Shown in pieces: positions 63,496 to 64,000 of a stretch of DNA of 64,000 nt. The stretch is from Lobosporangium transversale (taxonomy: Eukaryota). A program made the translations under genes and the position numbers. The notes under the pieces were generated by a model. It searched no databases. It was not told the origin of the DNA and worked only from the letters and a program-made list of their open reading frames with translations. How positions within the stretch are numbered: the stretch's first letter is position 1; every line of letters begins with the position of its first letter. The DNA lies in NCBI RefSeq assembly GCF_002105155.1, contig NW_019028998.1, forward strand, positions 620,001 to 684,000, written 5' to 3'.

Positions 63496-64000
63496 TGTCA
63501 CGAACAGCAAGCAATGTCTAGCTCATGAATTGATGAATGACTTTTGTCTGATTCGAATCTGAAAAAGATCACGTGTGCTTGATTAATTTGTTCCGCTCAT
63601 TTCCTTCACTCATTCCTCCATGCATAGTTTGCCTGTCAAGCCAAGTCGCGTCTCCTAGTTTTCTAGCTCCGTGAATAGCTCCAAGGATTCTAGAAGAGCT
63701 ATAAACCAATAACCAAGGCTTATAGTGCCAAGGAACCTTGAAATAAGATTGCACCAGATATCTTCCTCGGATCCTGTGTATTAAGTTAACTCAACACTTG
63801 AAGTTCCGCATATGGTAAAAGTCCTTAGGAAATATTTGAGTAAGCTTTATTTAGAGTTCTTGAAGCGCGTCTCCGCTTCAGTCAAACAAGTATAAATATG
63901 ATAGATTTGTAACATAGTAAACCTCAGTCTGCAATAAAACTATTCGTGAATCCATTCTAGTTCTCAGCTCATTATCATTCTTGTTATTCATTCACTTACC
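63496..64000 (+). repeat. Third copy of the element A LTR, running off the window
   Basis: Matches 17906 onward; left flank CAAAT. Confidence 0.95.

Overview
Eukaryotic, intron-rich, homopolymer-rich DNA, most consistent with an early-diverging fungus (Mortierellomycota/Mucoromycota-like; this assignment is inference). Bases 1-13.6 kb are a compact housekeeping block: GMC oxidoreductase 3' end, protoglobin-like gene, TAF8, UBP14, DPH4, TFIIE-alpha and glyoxalase I. From ~14.5 kb the window is transposon-dense: a long-spacer DD87E IS630/Tc1/mariner element, nested Ty3/Gypsy elements (B inside A; A abutting a truncated C), MITEs and two intact DD34E Tc1 elements. The dominant structure is a ~12-kb-arm inverted duplication (32441-44485 vs 46941-62225, 2.45-kb unique spacer) carrying a Crinkler (CRN)-type locus. 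That locus has one ubiquitin-like header exon, phase-1 micro-exons, a P-loop NTPase + restriction-endonuclease-fold module, and a second header-less NTPase/nuclease cassette entered in the same splice phase. Substitutions between the arms cluster in the first NTPase/nuclease exon and are mostly non-synonymous. The retroelements show -1 frameshift heptamers with pseudoknots; A and C have Tf1-like self-priming signals. All alignments and counts were done by eye.
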